From Actinomycetes bacterium (GTDB lineage: Bacteria > Actinomycetota > Thermoleophilia > RBG-16-64-13): a DNA stretch of 64,000 bases. A program made the translations under genes and the position numbers. How positions within the stretch are numbered: the first letter of the stretch is position 1; every line of letters begins with the position of its first letter. The DNA lies in assembly GCA_024637095.1 (NCBI GenBank), contig JAGXFV010000032.1, forward strand, positions 4,423 through 68,422. Direction: 5' to 3'. The notes beneath the pieces are model-generated. The model did no database searches, was not told the DNA's origin, and saw nothing but the letters and a program-made list of their open reading frames with translations. Below are positions 12,548 to 22,013 of the stretch, piece after piece.

Positions 12548-14377
12548 CTAGCGGTTGGCCGGGCGGGCGTCCCCGGGAAGGTCCTGAAAGCGCGTGTAAT
12601 TCTGGATGAAGGCCAGCTTGGCGTCGCCGATGGGACCGTTCCGCTGCTTCCCCACGATGATCTCCGCCACTCCCTTGTCCGGGCTATCCCGGTTGTAGAC
12701 CTCGTCGCGGTAGATGAACATGACCAAGTCTGCATCCTGTTCGATCGCGCCTGAATTGTGACTGACGATTCCATCGGCCAGCCAGCAGGAAGGCCCAGGG
12801 ACGGTCAGGTCGTAGACATCATCCTCACCCAGTTCAGTGACTTCCACGACCTCGTCCCAGAAGAGGTCATTCGAGACCAACCGCCGAAGCTCGGGATCAT
12901 CCAGGCCGGCGCCCTCCACACGATCGCCACGTGAAAGGTCCTTCACGTAGGCCCAATCGTCCGTCCCCATCAGCCGGTGCTCGCCGGTGGCCTTGATGCT
13001 GCGACCGCTGCCCAATCTCACTTCAAATACGGTTCGCTTCCCCACGCGCCAGACCCGATCCGCGAGCGCCGCGCGAAGGTGGCCTTGCTCCACGGCCCAC
13101 ACTTCCGGCGTCTGACCCACAAGGTCCCGCACGGGCACCCGTCGCCCATCAGACAGGCAAACCAGGGTGTCTCCGGTCACGCACTCCCTCAGATCCGAGA
13201 GCACCGGCCGGTTGCCCGCCCGCTGCTCGACCTGCCGGGAGAGCTGCGATAGGGCCAGCACGGGCACGCTCAGGTCACGAGCCAGGATCTTCAGTCCACG
13301 CGAAATCCGGGAGATCTCCTGCTGACGGTTCTCGATGCCCGAATCACCCACCATCAACTGCAGGTAGTCCACGATGATGAGGCCAAGATTCTTTTCCTTG
13401 GCCTTCAACCGGCGGGCCTTGGCCCGTATCTCCATCAGGTTGACCGAGGCGGTGTCGTCGATGTAGATCGGCGCCGTGAAGAGCGGGGTGCAGGCGGTGG
13501 TCAGCTTGGTCCATTCCTGCGATTGCAGCTGACCGTGCCGCAGCTTCTGGCTGTCGACGCGGGCCTCTGAGCACATCATCCGCTGGACCAGTTCCATCTT
13601 GGACATCTCGAGGCTGAAGAGCGCGACGCCCTTGCCTTGATCCACGGCCACGTTGCGGGCCACGTTGAGCGCGAAAGCAGTTTTGCCCATCGACGGCCGC
13701 GCGGCCAGGATCGCGAGCTGAGCCGGCTGAAAACCGGTGATCACGTCGTCGACCTGGCGAAATCCCGTCTCCACTCCGTCGGTGCGCCTGCCCTCGGACA
13801 TGATCTTCTCCAGTTGGAAGAAGCTGTCCGAGATCACTTCGCTGATGGGCGCGAACTCGCCGGAGACCCGGGTCTGGGATATATCGAATACCAGCTGCTC
13901 GGCCCGGTCGATGAGATCGACGGGCTCGCCCTCGCGTCGGTAGCCCAGGTCGGCAATCTGACTGCCCACCTCGATCAGCGACCGCAACATGTAGTTCTCG
14001 CGGATGATGTCCGCGTAGTGACGGGCGTTGGCCGCCGCGGGCACGGCCGAAGTCAGGCTGTGGATGTAGGCCTTGTCCCCGACCTCTTTTAGGACGCCCT
14101 TGTTGCTCAGCTGCTCGCTGACAGTGATCGGATCGACCGGCTCTCCCCGCGAGTAGATCTCCTCGATCGACTCGTAGATCAGCCGGTGAGTCCGCCGGTA
14201 GAACTGCTTCGGCTGCAGGATCTCGGTCACGGCGGGGATCATGTTGTTGGCCACCATCATGGCGCCAAGAACCGATACCTCCGCGTCGAGGTTCTGAGGG
14301 GGCAGATACTCCTGGCCGGAGCTCCTGCCCTCCCTTCCGCCGTCGCCGGACGGGCCGCGCTGTCCGTTCTCCGCCAA
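12548..14377 (-). CDS. dnaB: Replicative DNA helicase DnaB precursor containing a 143-aa mini-intein
   Basis: 609 aa against ~450 expected. Walker A (PSMGKTAF) and the H4 motif LSDLRE|...|SGAIEQDADLVMF are interrupted by an element running CVTGDTLV...IVSHN. Confidence 0.9.
   Translation of the reverse strand: MAENGQRGPSGDGGREGRSSGQEYLPPQNLDAEVSVLGAMMVANNMIPAVTEILQPKQFYRRTHRLIYESIEEIYSRGEPVDPITVSEQLSNKGVLKEVGDKAYIHSLTSAVPAAANARHYADIIRENYMLRSLIEVGSQIADLGYRREGEPVDLIDRAEQLVFDISQTRVSGEFAPISEVISDSFFQLEKIMSEGRRTDGVETGFRQVDDVITGFQPAQLAILAARPSMGKTAFALNVARNVAVDQGKGVALFSLEMSKMELVQRMMCSEARVDSQKLRHGQLQSQEWTKLTTACTPLFTAPIYIDDTASVNLMEIRAKARRLKAKEKNLGLIIVDYLQLMVGDSGIENRQQEISRISRGLKILARDLSVPVLALSQLSRQVEQRAGNRPVLSDLRECVTGDTLVCLSDGRRVPVRDLVGQTPEVWAVEQGHLRAALADRVWRVGKRTVFEVRLGSGRSIKATGEHRLMGTDDWAYVKDLSRGDRVEGAGLDDPELRRLVSNDLFWDEVVEVTELGEDDVYDLTVPGPSCWLADGIVSHNSGAIEQDADLVMFIYRDEVYNRDSPDKGVAEIIVGKQRNGPIGDAKLAFIQNYTRFQDLPGDARPANR
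12755..13183 (-). mobile_element. Mini-intein inside dnaB (no homing endonuclease domain)
   Basis: Block A is CVTGDTLVCL (Cys1 at 13181-13183). Block B is ATGEHRL. Blocks F/G are DDVYDLTVPGPSCWLADGIVSHN (Asn at 12755-12757), and the +1 residue is Ser. The insertion splits the conserved DnaB motif exactly. Confidence 0.85.
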
Positions 14378-14387
14378 ACCGAAGCCC

Positions 14388-14852
14388 CTAGGAGCTCGAA
14401 CCGCCCTCGGGGACCACGATCACCTTGACGTCGGCCGGCTCCACGCTCGAGTGCACGTCGACCTTGACGATGTGCGGGCCCAGGGTGCGAATAGGCTCGC
14501 CGAGTTGGATCTTCCGCTTGTCGATGCGCAGGCGCCGCGCCGCGTATATCGCGGAGACGATGTCCTGGCTGGTGACCGAGCCGAAGAGGCGCTCACCCTG
14601 ACCGGCCTGCGCCGCGATGGTGAGTACGGTACGCGAGAGCAGTTCCTGCACCTCGACCGCCTGCTCGGCTTCGCGCCGTTCGCGGGTCTCCTTCTCTTCC
14701 ATGGCCCGGCGCAGCGACTCCACCTTGGCCGGGGTCGCGACTTCCGCGAGCTTGCGGGGGATCAGATAGTTGCGGGCATAGCCCTCGGAAACGTTGGCAA
14801 CCGCCCCCTTCTGGCCCAGTTTGTCTACATCCTTCAAGAGAACGACTTCCAT
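14388..14852 (-). CDS. rplI: 50S ribosomal protein L9
   Basis: 154 aa. MEVVLLKDVDKLGQKG... is the canonical L9 N-terminus. Confidence 0.9.
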   Translation of the reverse strand: MEVVLLKDVDKLGQKGAVANVSEGYARNYLIPRKLAEVATPAKVESLRRAMEEKETRERREAEQAVEVQELLSRTVLTIAAQAGQGERLFGSVTSQDIVSAIYAARRLRIDKRKIQLGEPIRTLGPHIVKVDVHSSVEPADVKVIVVPEGGSSS

Positions 14853-14855
14853 TCG

Positions 14856-15869
14856 TCATTCCTTCCATTCGTCGTCACGGCCCCCGGGCGGCCGCGAGAC
14901 CTCGCTCGCGGGCTTCCTGGCGGCCAGTCTTTTTCTGTAATCGAACCACGTGTCCAGCAATCCTGCCCAACTGGTGAGCGTAAGGACGAACTGCCCGAGA
15001 ACCGCCACCCCGTAGACGGCGGCGCGTCCGAAGCCGGTCATCTTCCTATTGAGTACAAACCAGTGAACCACCGCCAGGCCCTGGACGAAGTAGAGCATCT
15101 GGAAGAAGAGAAAGAGGTTGAGTCCGATGAGTTCCACCGTGCCGGCCGCGCTTCCGGTCCAGCTCGAGCCCACCAGCATACCGAGCCCGATGATGAAGCC
15201 ATAGGCAGCACCCCAGTGCAATCTGAAGGCCGAGAACGAACCTCCCGCCCGCGTTTCCTCGCCCAACCGCGGGAACACCAGCCCGGCCAGGGCGAGCGCC
15301 GCGCCCGCGAACAGCAGCGCGATGACTCCCAGAATGCTCGGAAGGAGATAGGGAACCAGCTCCACCACCTCTCGCACCTGCTCCGCTGCCGCGTCCACCG
15401 AAGCCTGCTCCATACCGGCAGCCACGTAGAGGTCCGAGGCCGAGGCCAAAGAGCGGTCGACCATCTCGCCCACCTGATCCGCATCCATTCCGGTCAGCAC
15501 CCAGGTGGCTCCACCGATTCCGGCGAGACCCACCGACACCACAGCCGTCAGGGACAGCAGGCTGGTGGACGAACGCCATCCCCGGGCCAACGCGGTGCCG
15601 AGCATGACGCCCGAGAGGCCGGCCAAGAAGGCCGCCAGCAGTCCGTTCAGCGGACCGGTCAACAGGCCGGTGAGAATGCCGGCGCCGATCGCGGCCGCGA
15701 TCCCGGTCTGCGCTCCGCGGCGCTTGGTGACGTAGGCGATCGGGAGGGGGAGCATGAAGATGAGCCCGGCTGACACCAGGGGCACGTAAACGGTGGCCAC
15801 AGTGAGGACTACGGCAAGGGCGATTGCCTTGCCCGCCTCGGTGACCCCGGAGGCCTCTAGTTCCTTCAT
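14856..15869 (-). CDS. DUF2232 (YybS-like) polytopic membrane protein
   Basis: 337-aa multi-TM protein in the conserved slot between rpsR and rplI. Confidence 0.5.
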   Translation of the reverse strand: MKELEASGVTEAGKAIALAVVLTVATVYVPLVSAGLIFMLPLPIAYVTKRRGAQTGIAAAIGAGILTGLLTGPLNGLLAAFLAGLSGVMLGTALARGWRSSTSLLSLTAVVSVGLAGIGGATWVLTGMDADQVGEMVDRSLASASDLYVAAGMEQASVDAAAEQVREVVELVPYLLPSILGVIALLFAGAALALAGLVFPRLGEETRAGGSFSAFRLHWGAAYGFIIGLGMLVGSSWTGSAAGTVELIGLNLFLFFQMLYFVQGLAVVHWFVLNRKMTGFGRAAVYGVAVLGQFVLTLTSWAGLLDTWFDYRKRLAARKPASEVSRPPGGRDDEWKE

Positions 15870-15914
15870 GTGCCCCTCCGAACTCGGGTCTCGTCCGTCC
15901 CCGCGCCTTCCGCT

Positions 15915-16169
15915 CTAGCGGTTGCTGTAGGGAAGCAGGGCCATCTCGCGGGCCCGCTTGACCGCGGTCGAAACCTGATTCTGATGCTTGCGGCATGCTC
16001 CGGTGGTACGCCGGGAGCGGATCTTGCCTCGCTCCGACATGAACCGGCGGAGAGTCGTGAAGTCTTTGTAGTCGACGTGCTCGACCTTCTCTTTGCAGAA
16101 AAAGCAATACTTGCGCCGCCGGGAGGGGCCCCCCGGGCGAGTGCGCTTACGCTGCTGCTTGAACGCCAC
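15915..16169 (-). CDS. rpsR: 30S ribosomal protein S18
   Basis: 84 aa with the ...YKD..LRRF.SERGKI..RR.TG.C..HQ... signature. Confidence 0.9.
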   Translation of the reverse strand: MAFKQQRKRTRPGGPSRRRKYCFFCKEKVEHVDYKDFTTLRRFMSERGKIRSRRTTGACRKHQNQVSTAVKRAREMALLPYSNR

Positions 16170-16198
16170 TTGGCTTAATTCCTCCTACTTGGATCTCA

Positions 16199-16654
16199 TT
16201 AAAAGGGGATATCGTCCTCGTCACCGAAGTCGATGTCCTGAAAGTCGTCGGCCGGCGCGACGTCGCTCTTCTGCGAGGGAGCGTGAGAGCCGCGGTCCGA
16301 ACCGCCACCCTGGCCGCCTTGACCCCCGCCCATGAACACGACCTCGTCCGCCACGATTTCGATCTTACTCCGCTTGCCGCCGTCCTGGCTTTCCCAGGAG
16401 CGGTAACTCAATCGCCCATCGACAGCCACTTGCTGTCCTTTGGTCAGGTAGCGGGCGCAGGCTTCGCCCTGAGCACCCCAGACCACGACGTCGAAGTAGT
16501 TGGGCTTGTCCACCCACTGCCCCGAGGCGTCCTTCTGACGGGTATTGACGGCGACTCCCAGCTGACAAAGCGAGTTACCGCTGGGGAGCTGCTTCAACTC
16601 CGGGTCCCGGGTCAGGTTGCCTACGAGCTGCGCCTTGGCGAAGCTTCGTGCCAT
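16199..16654 (-). CDS. ssb: Single-stranded DNA-binding protein
   Basis: 151 aa with an OB-fold N-terminus, a Gly-rich linker and an acidic DDIPF tail. Confidence 0.9.
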   Translation of the reverse strand: MARSFAKAQLVGNLTRDPELKQLPSGNSLCQLGVAVNTRQKDASGQWVDKPNYFDVVVWGAQGEACARYLTKGQQVAVDGRLSYRSWESQDGGKRSKIEIVADEVVFMGGGQGGQGGGSDRGSHAPSQKSDVAPADDFQDIDFGDEDDIPF

Positions 16655-16657
16655 CGC

Positions 16658-16993
16658 TTACTCCTCTCCGCCTTCTTCCGCGCCTCCCAGGGGAGCCGCG
16701 ACCGCCTCGTGCTCCAGACGGGTGGGCATGTAACGCACCACTTCGTCGGTGATTCCGAGCACGCGGGTCACCTCGTCCAGAGTCTCGGTGTTCGAGTCGA
16801 ACAGAAGCACGTGGTAGTAGCCTTCGTTCATGTGGTCGATCTCGTAGGCAAAACGCCGTTTGCCCCACTCGTCTTGCTTAGTGAGTTCTCCGCCGGCTGA
16901 CGTGACGATTTCGCGGACGCGATCCAGAACGGCTGCGCGCACCTCTTCGGTGGCGTCGTGGCGCAGGATGAGCATCATTTCGTAGCTATTCAA
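16658..16993 (-). CDS. rpsF: 30S ribosomal protein S6 (TTG start; the next ATG is five codons further in)
   Basis: LNSYEMMLILRHD... aligns with S6 (MRHYEIVFMVHPD). The TTG at 16991-16993 is preceded by GGAGGTG. The 252-aa ORF in the track is an upstream over-extension. Confidence 0.8.
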   Translation of the reverse strand: MNSYEMMLILRHDATEEVRAAVLDRVREIVTSAGGELTKQDEWGKRRFAYEIDHMNEGYYHVLLFDSNTETLDEVTRVLGITDEVVRYMPTRLEHEAVAAPLGGAEEGGEE

Positions 16994-17131
16994 GCAATTC
17001 ACCTCCTTCGGGCTGAGCGGCCCCGGAATCTCACCGGAGCAGGGGTGGGTATTCGAGATGTGATTCCTTCGGCACACGTGGGCCAAAGGAGATCGAAGTA
17101 TAGCACCGATCCCGGTGCCCCCCCGGCGGCG

Positions 17132-17150
17132 AAAAGGGGCCGCTTCCCCT
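17132..17150 (-). terminator. Intrinsic-terminator-like hairpin downstream of the DUF4349 gene
   Basis: RNA on the minus strand reads A-GGGG-aagcgg-CCCC-UUUU. This is a GC stem followed by a U tract. Confidence 0.4.
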
Positions 17151-17198
17151 ACAACCTGATTAGAGGATAGCGGCCCCGGCGGACAGAAAGCGGTTTGC

Positions 17199-18260
17199 TC
17201 AACCGTCCATGCGGCTCTCCGCGGACCGGCGGGACCAGACCCGGCCGACGCCCCAGAAGGCGGCCAGCGCCAGGATCGCAAGAGGCAGGAAGCCACCGGC
17301 GAACACGATGATCCCGTTGATGGTATTGACGAAGGCAAATCCCGCCTGCTCGAGCGCACGCAAGAATCCCCAGTCGCGGGTGAGAGCCACCTGGACCCCG
17401 GGTTCGAAGACGCCAACCGTCACCGTGGCGAAATCCGAGTACTCATTCAAGTAACGCAGACGCCCCTCGAGCTGTTCGATCTCCATCTGGATGGATGAGA
17501 GCACGTTTCTGACCTGGAGGACCTCCTCCACCTTGGTGGCTCGGGCAAGCAGTTCCCGCAGCGATTCCTCCTGGGCGCGCGCGTTCTTCAGCCTGGCCTC
17601 GAGATCGACGAACTCCTCGGTCACGTCCTGGCTGCTGACGCTCCGCGCCTTGACTTCGCCCAACCCGCCCGCTGCCTGCAGCACCTCGGGGAGTCGCTCG
17701 GAGGGAACCCGCAGCGAGACCGTGCCGCTGCGGGGGGCGTCCTGCTCATCGGAGGCGTTGGCTTCACTCGAGACCAGATAGCCTCCGAAACGAAGGGGAA
17801 GCTCGGTCAAGCGGGCGAAGACGGTGGCGAATTCGCCCTCGGGAACCTCGACCTGCATCTCGGCGTTGCTGATCACCTTGCGGCCCAGAAAGGACTGCGT
17901 GAGAGTGGCCGGCAGGGGCTCGACGACTGCCGCGGCGGCCTGATCGGCTGCCGGGCCGGCCGCCGCCGATGCCATCGCTATGTCTGCCTCAGCGGCGTCC
18001 TCTTCGGGGCCGCCGGCGTTCCGTCCGTCCTCGAAAGGTTCCACTGCCGGATTATTCACCGACGGCGGCGCGAGGGTGTCGCCGTCTGAGATCGCGCGCG
18101 ATTCGGCGCTCTCATCTGAACCGCCGCCAAACAGCATGTCGACCGAATCTCCATAACCGGCCAGAGCCACAACGGCGACGACCGCCAACAACAAAAGAAG
18201 AGCGGGCAGACGGCCCCCTCCCATCCCCAGTGATTCTGCGAAGTCCTTGATGCGTCTCAT
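17199..18260 (-). CDS. DUF4349-like membrane-anchored protein
   Basis: Start set at the ATG at 18258-18260 behind a GAAGGAGG RBS (the ORF continues to 18326). It has a signal/TM segment, a coiled-coil region (DLEARLKNARAQEESLRELL...IQMEIEQLEG) and a C-terminal TM helix. Confidence 0.45.
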   Translation of the reverse strand: MRRIKDFAESLGMGGGRLPALLLLLAVVAVVALAGYGDSVDMLFGGGSDESAESRAISDGDTLAPPSVNNPAVEPFEDGRNAGGPEEDAAEADIAMASAAAGPAADQAAAAVVEPLPATLTQSFLGRKVISNAEMQVEVPEGEFATVFARLTELPLRFGGYLVSSEANASDEQDAPRSGTVSLRVPSERLPEVLQAAGGLGEVKARSVSSQDVTEEFVDLEARLKNARAQEESLRELLARATKVEEVLQVRNVLSSIQMEIEQLEGRLRYLNEYSDFATVTVGVFEPGVQVALTRDWGFLRALEQAGFAFVNTINGIIVFAGGFLPLAILALAAFWGVGRVWSRRSAESRMDG

Positions 18261-18443
18261 GACCGCCTCCTTCTCCGCCGAATATGCGGCGGGCCGGCTA
18301 CCGGCGGGGAAGCGTCTGTTGGCCAATCCCCGCGCCTTCGTGGTTGTCTGCCGGTTCGACGGAAGAGAGTGCGGCGCGGTTCCCGGTGGATTCGGGATGC
18401 TAAGCGAGGTCAGGGGGTTCCGCGGGTCGGAGGCAGTAGGGGC

Positions 18444-19667
18444 TTAGTCCTCCTCGGCCAGCCGGTCCGCGAGCTCGTCGAGGAAGAGACCCACGTCGGT
18501 CACCACCCCAATCGCTTGGAAGCTGCCACGGTCGGCCAGCTTGGTCACCACGGCCGGATTGATGTCCACGCAAACGGTGTGGACCCGCGCAGGCAGCAGA
18601 TTGCCCGTCGCGATCGAATGCAGCATGGTCGAGAGCATCAGGCAGAGGCCGGCGTCGCCCACATGGGAGCGCATGGCGCTCTGGGCTTCGATCACGTCCG
18701 TGATCACTTCGGGCAGGGGACCATCGTCCCGCACAGACCCGGCGAGCACGAAGGGCACCTCCGCCTTGACCAGCTCGTAGAACAATCCCTCGCGGAGCAC
18801 TCCCGCCCGGACCGCTTGGCTGATCCCGCCTTCGGCCCGGATGCGGTTGATCGCACGCAGGTGGTGTGCGTGTCCTCCGTGGACGGGCGTCCCCTCGGTC
18901 ACGCTCACGCCCAGGGAGGTGCCGAACAAGGCCACCTCGATGTCGTGGGCCGCTATGGCGTTGCCCCCGAATACCACGTCCACCCAACCCTCGCGGGCCA
19001 ACCGGGAGAGGGCCGGAGCGGAGCCGGTGTGAACCACGGCCGGACCGGCAACCGCGATGATCTTCCGCCCCGATTCGCGGGTTTCCCGCATCAACCGCGA
19101 AATCTCGCCCACGACCAACGCCTTGGGCTTCTCCGAAGAGACGGTCGAGCTCATGAACTCGAAGTTGCGGCCTCGGCGGTCGCGTTCGAGGGGGACCACC
19201 CGGACACCGCTGCGCCCGACCACGATATGGTCGCCGCGCCGCGCCTCGATCATGGGAACCGTCCGGGCCGTCATCGCTTCGACATCGACCAGGATGGCGC
19301 AATCCATCTCCGGGTTCTCCACGCCGACCCACCGGCCGCGGAGACGGACGTACGACTCCAAGTTGGTGGTCGAGTAGAAATCCAAGGGGAAGACCCCGTC
19401 GCGTTCCACGGTCTCGGTCTGCACGTCACCGGCCTGGGCGGGGGCGGCGCCGTGGCGTTGCACCAAGGAGAGTATTTGCTCGAGCTGCCGATCCGTTTCC
19501 GCCGCAATGCGGATGGTGGCCCGCGAGACATCCTCGCGTCCATGTCCGATCTCGAGCGAGACGATCTGGTGGGTTCCCTCCGAAGCCAGGATGTCGTCCA
19601 GTACCCGGGGCAGAACCAGAGAATCGATCAGGTGCCCCTCGAGCACCACGTCCTCGAAGACAGGCAC
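18444..19667 (-). CDS. TIGR00300 / LOR-SDH conserved-domain protein (archaeal-type ornithine cyclodeaminase family)
   Basis: 407 aa. The pattern matches the TIGR00300 family as I remember it. Not verified by a search. Confidence 0.5.
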   Translation of the reverse strand: MPVFEDVVLEGHLIDSLVLPRVLDDILASEGTHQIVSLEIGHGREDVSRATIRIAAETDRQLEQILSLVQRHGAAPAQAGDVQTETVERDGVFPLDFYSTTNLESYVRLRGRWVGVENPEMDCAILVDVEAMTARTVPMIEARRGDHIVVGRSGVRVVPLERDRRGRNFEFMSSTVSSEKPKALVVGEISRLMRETRESGRKIIAVAGPAVVHTGSAPALSRLAREGWVDVVFGGNAIAAHDIEVALFGTSLGVSVTEGTPVHGGHAHHLRAINRIRAEGGISQAVRAGVLREGLFYELVKAEVPFVLAGSVRDDGPLPEVITDVIEAQSAMRSHVGDAGLCLMLSTMLHSIATGNLLPARVHTVCVDINPAVVTKLADRGSFQAIGVVTDVGLFLDELADRLAEED

Positions 19668-19670
19668 GGC

Positions 19671-20459
19671 TCAGGCCTCATCCGCTAGGTCCAGACGGGA
19701 ACGCAGTTCGGCGACCACGCCGCGAACCGCCTCCACATAAGCCTGCGCCCGTTCGAACGGCGGAGCCTCATCCAGATCCGCGCGGCGCACCTGATCCGAA
19801 TACGGGAGTGAACCCAGCACCTCGAAATCCTCAAGGAAGGCCATCATGGCCTCCATGTCCTCGGACGGCACCTTATTCAACACCACGAAGAGATGGCGGA
19901 TGCCAAGATCCTGCGCCAGTTTGCGGATGGATTCGGCCGTTCTCACGCTGCGGGCGCCGGGTTCGACGACGACGAGCATCGCATCCACGCTCTCGGATGT
20001 CCCCCGGCCGAGGTGCTCGATACCCGCCTCCATATCGAGGATCACGGCCTCCTTGCGCCGCACCAGAAGGTGACGCATCAAAGAACGGAGAAGAACCGAT
20101 TCGGGGCAGATGCAACCGCCGGCTCCCTCCTTGACCGTTCCCATCACCATCAGACGGATGCCGTCCATCTTGTAGCTGAGCTCGTCGGGGATGTCGTCCA
20201 CCCGAGGGTTGATCTTGAAGAAGCCGCCCATGGTGCCCGGCTGCGCCCCGGTTCTCTCGGCGATCAGATCACTCATTTCGGCGATGGGGACGATCCCGCG
20301 GGCCTCCTCGGGCGGCACGCCGAGCGCGCTGGCCAGGTTGGCATCTGGATCGGCATCCACCGCCAGCACGGTGAAGCCGTCCTCAGCAAGGATGCGCGCG
20401 ATGGTTCCGGCGAGCGTGGTCTTGCCGACGCCGCCTTTGCCTGTGATCGCGAGCTTCAT
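19671..20459 (-). CDS. CooC-family (MinD/ParA-type) nickel-insertion ATPase-like protein
   Basis: Deviant Walker A (KLAITGKGGVGKTT) plus a CooC-type CxC metal motif (GAGGCICPES). Start set at the ATG at 20457-20459 behind an AAGGGGG RBS (the ORF extends to 20582). Confidence 0.6.
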   Translation of the reverse strand: MKLAITGKGGVGKTTLAGTIARILAEDGFTVLAVDADPDANLASALGVPPEEARGIVPIAEMSDLIAERTGAQPGTMGGFFKINPRVDDIPDELSYKMDGIRLMVMGTVKEGAGGCICPESVLLRSLMRHLLVRRKEAVILDMEAGIEHLGRGTSESVDAMLVVVEPGARSVRTAESIRKLAQDLGIRHLFVVLNKVPSEDMEAMMAFLEDFEVLGSLPYSDQVRRADLDEAPPFERAQAYVEAVRGVVAELRSRLDLADEA

Positions 20460-20508
20460 GGTTGCCCCCTTGAAGAATTTGGTGGTGACCACCCGCTTTT
20501 CCGGGGGT

Positions 20509-20754
20509 CTATCTCTCATCCTTCCCGTCCCCGTCACGGAACAATGCGAGAAAGGCGAAGGAAAGAAGTCCCCCCAGGCCAAAGAGGAGCCCCACGGCGG
20601 CCAGGGTGATCAGGCCCAGGGCGCCCACTTGCAGGGCGAGGGGCACGGCGGACCTGGCAAGCACGAGCCCCAGACCCCCAGCGACCACCGCCATCAGGAT
20701 GAAGCCCAGGGGAACACGCAGAGGTCCTCGCCGGTTCACCTGCCCCCCCCTCAC
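20509..20754 (-). CDS. Small two-TM membrane protein, hypothetical
   Basis: 81-aa hydrophobic ORF. Its GTG overlaps the upstream stop as GTGA, which is the usual translational-coupling geometry. Confidence 0.3.
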   Translation of the reverse strand: MRGGQVNRRGPLRVPLGFILMAVVAGGLGLVLARSAVPLALQVGALGLITLAAVGLLFGLGGLLSFAFLALFRDGDGKDER

Positions 20755-22013
20755 GGCAGCCGCGAGAGGACGGCGTCGAGCACGCCCGCCGAATCCTCAG
20801 GATCGCGAATGTTGCAGTAGACCACGGGGACGCCTTCCGGGAGAGAGAGGATCTGCCGGATCTCTTCTTCGTACACAGCCTCATCAACCATGGAAGCATA
20901 TGCCGCGACCACCCAGGGCCGCTCCGTGATGGACTCCATCAGCGCGACGTCGCGCCTGGAAGCCGCGACCGAGTCCCGGCTGTTGATATTCACCAGCAGG
21001 ATGAAGCCCGAGGTCTCAAGCGCCATCCGCCGGATCACCTCGGCGGGAGTGCGGCTCTCCGGGAAATACACCAGAAGCTCCCCGCCCCGATCGTCCTCGC
21101 GCACGCCGGCGGTGAACTGCACCTCGATCTCTTCCTCGCCCGCCGGCTCGGTCCGCCGGTGGGAGGTCACTTCGGAGTTGCAGAGCGAAGCAAGCAAGGT
21201 CAGGTTGTAGATGTCGATAGGACCCTGTAGCGCGACCGCCGTCTTCTTACCCAGGAGTTCCAGCGCGGGGTCCCGCATGGTCACCAGACCCGCGCCCACC
21301 AGATTGGCCAGCGCCTTGGCGGCATGGAAACGATCGGCGGCCGCCTGCGCGACGATGGTGCTCCCGTCGCGCCGCCCGTCCATCAGGCAGACCAGCGCCC
21401 ATTCCTGGGGTTTGAGCGAGACTTCGTGGGCGCTGGGCACCAGGTGGGGCACCTTCTCGAGCGACCCCAACCTGGCCATAATCGCAGGCCACTCGTCCAT
21501 CCGGCGGCAACCCTCCATGATCACCGCTTCGGCGTCGAGGGTGAGCAGCAAGCTGTCCTCGTCGGGTTCTTGCCCCAGGATGAACTCGAATTCCGCATCC
21601 GGCCAGCTGAACAAGTTGAACACCGAGTCCTCGATCTGGTCCCGCAGATAGCTGACGAGCTCGGATTCGGAGACCAGTTCCCGCCGAAGAAGGAGCGCGG
21701 GCAGGAGACCGTCACCCGGGGAGGAGCCGGGCGCGGAGGGTTGGGGTTCTGGAGACCGCATTTCGGCTGCACGGAGTTCGGCCTGAGCCGACTTCAGTTG
21801 AGAGGGACGGAGTCTCCCCGCACGTATGAGCCTCTCGGCAATGGGGGCTCCGCTCGGAGAAGAGGATGCGTAGTGGATCTGACCGGAGCGGAAATGAACA
21901 CTGCCCTTCCGGCTTCCGGCGCGCACCCAAAGCACTCCGGTCTTTGCGCTAATCTGAATCAGGCGGAAGACCTCGGGCAGGGCGAGATCGCGCACCTTGC
22001 CTTCGAGCGCCAT
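20751..22013 (-). CDS. DUF4388-domain protein with a degenerate GTPase/roadblock-like C-terminal region
   Basis: N-terminus LEGKVRDLALPEVFRLIQISAKTGVLWV has the DUF4388 pattern. The C-terminus (GFILLVNINSRDS...PWVVAAYASMVDEAVYEEEIRQ) looks like a small G-domain with no P-loop. Confidence 0.45.
   Translation of the reverse strand: MALEGKVRDLALPEVFRLIQISAKTGVLWVRAGSRKGSVHFRSGQIHYASSSPSGAPIAERLIRAGRLRPSQLKSAQAELRAAEMRSPEPQPSAPGSSPGDGLLPALLLRRELVSESELVSYLRDQIEDSVFNLFSWPDAEFEFILGQEPDEDSLLLTLDAEAVIMEGCRRMDEWPAIMARLGSLEKVPHLVPSAHEVSLKPQEWALVCLMDGRRDGSTIVAQAAADRFHAAKALANLVGAGLVTMRDPALELLGKKTAVALQGPIDIYNLTLLASLCNSEVTSHRRTEPAGEEEIEVQFTAGVREDDRGGELLVYFPESRTPAEVIRRMALETSGFILLVNINSRDSVAASRRDVALMESITERPWVVAAYASMVDEAVYEEEIRQILSLPEGVPVVYCNIRDPEDSAGVLDAVLSRLP

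Noticed and set aside
15046-16107. 353-aa minus-strand ORF
   Set aside because: Alternative frame spanning the DUF2232 gene and rpsR. The His/Arg/Gly-rich translation conflicts with clearly conserved genes.
17090-17200. Possible tRNA or ncRNA between the DUF4349 gene and rpsF
   Set aside because: No cloverleaf can be drawn. The stem-loop plus T-tract reads naturally as an intrinsic terminator for the minus-strand gene.
18369-19688. 439-aa + strand ORF and the 310-aa minus-strand ORF 18400..19332
   Set aside because: Both overlap the well-formed TIGR00300-family gene in other frames or on the other strand. Arg/Pro/Gly-rich shadow frames.
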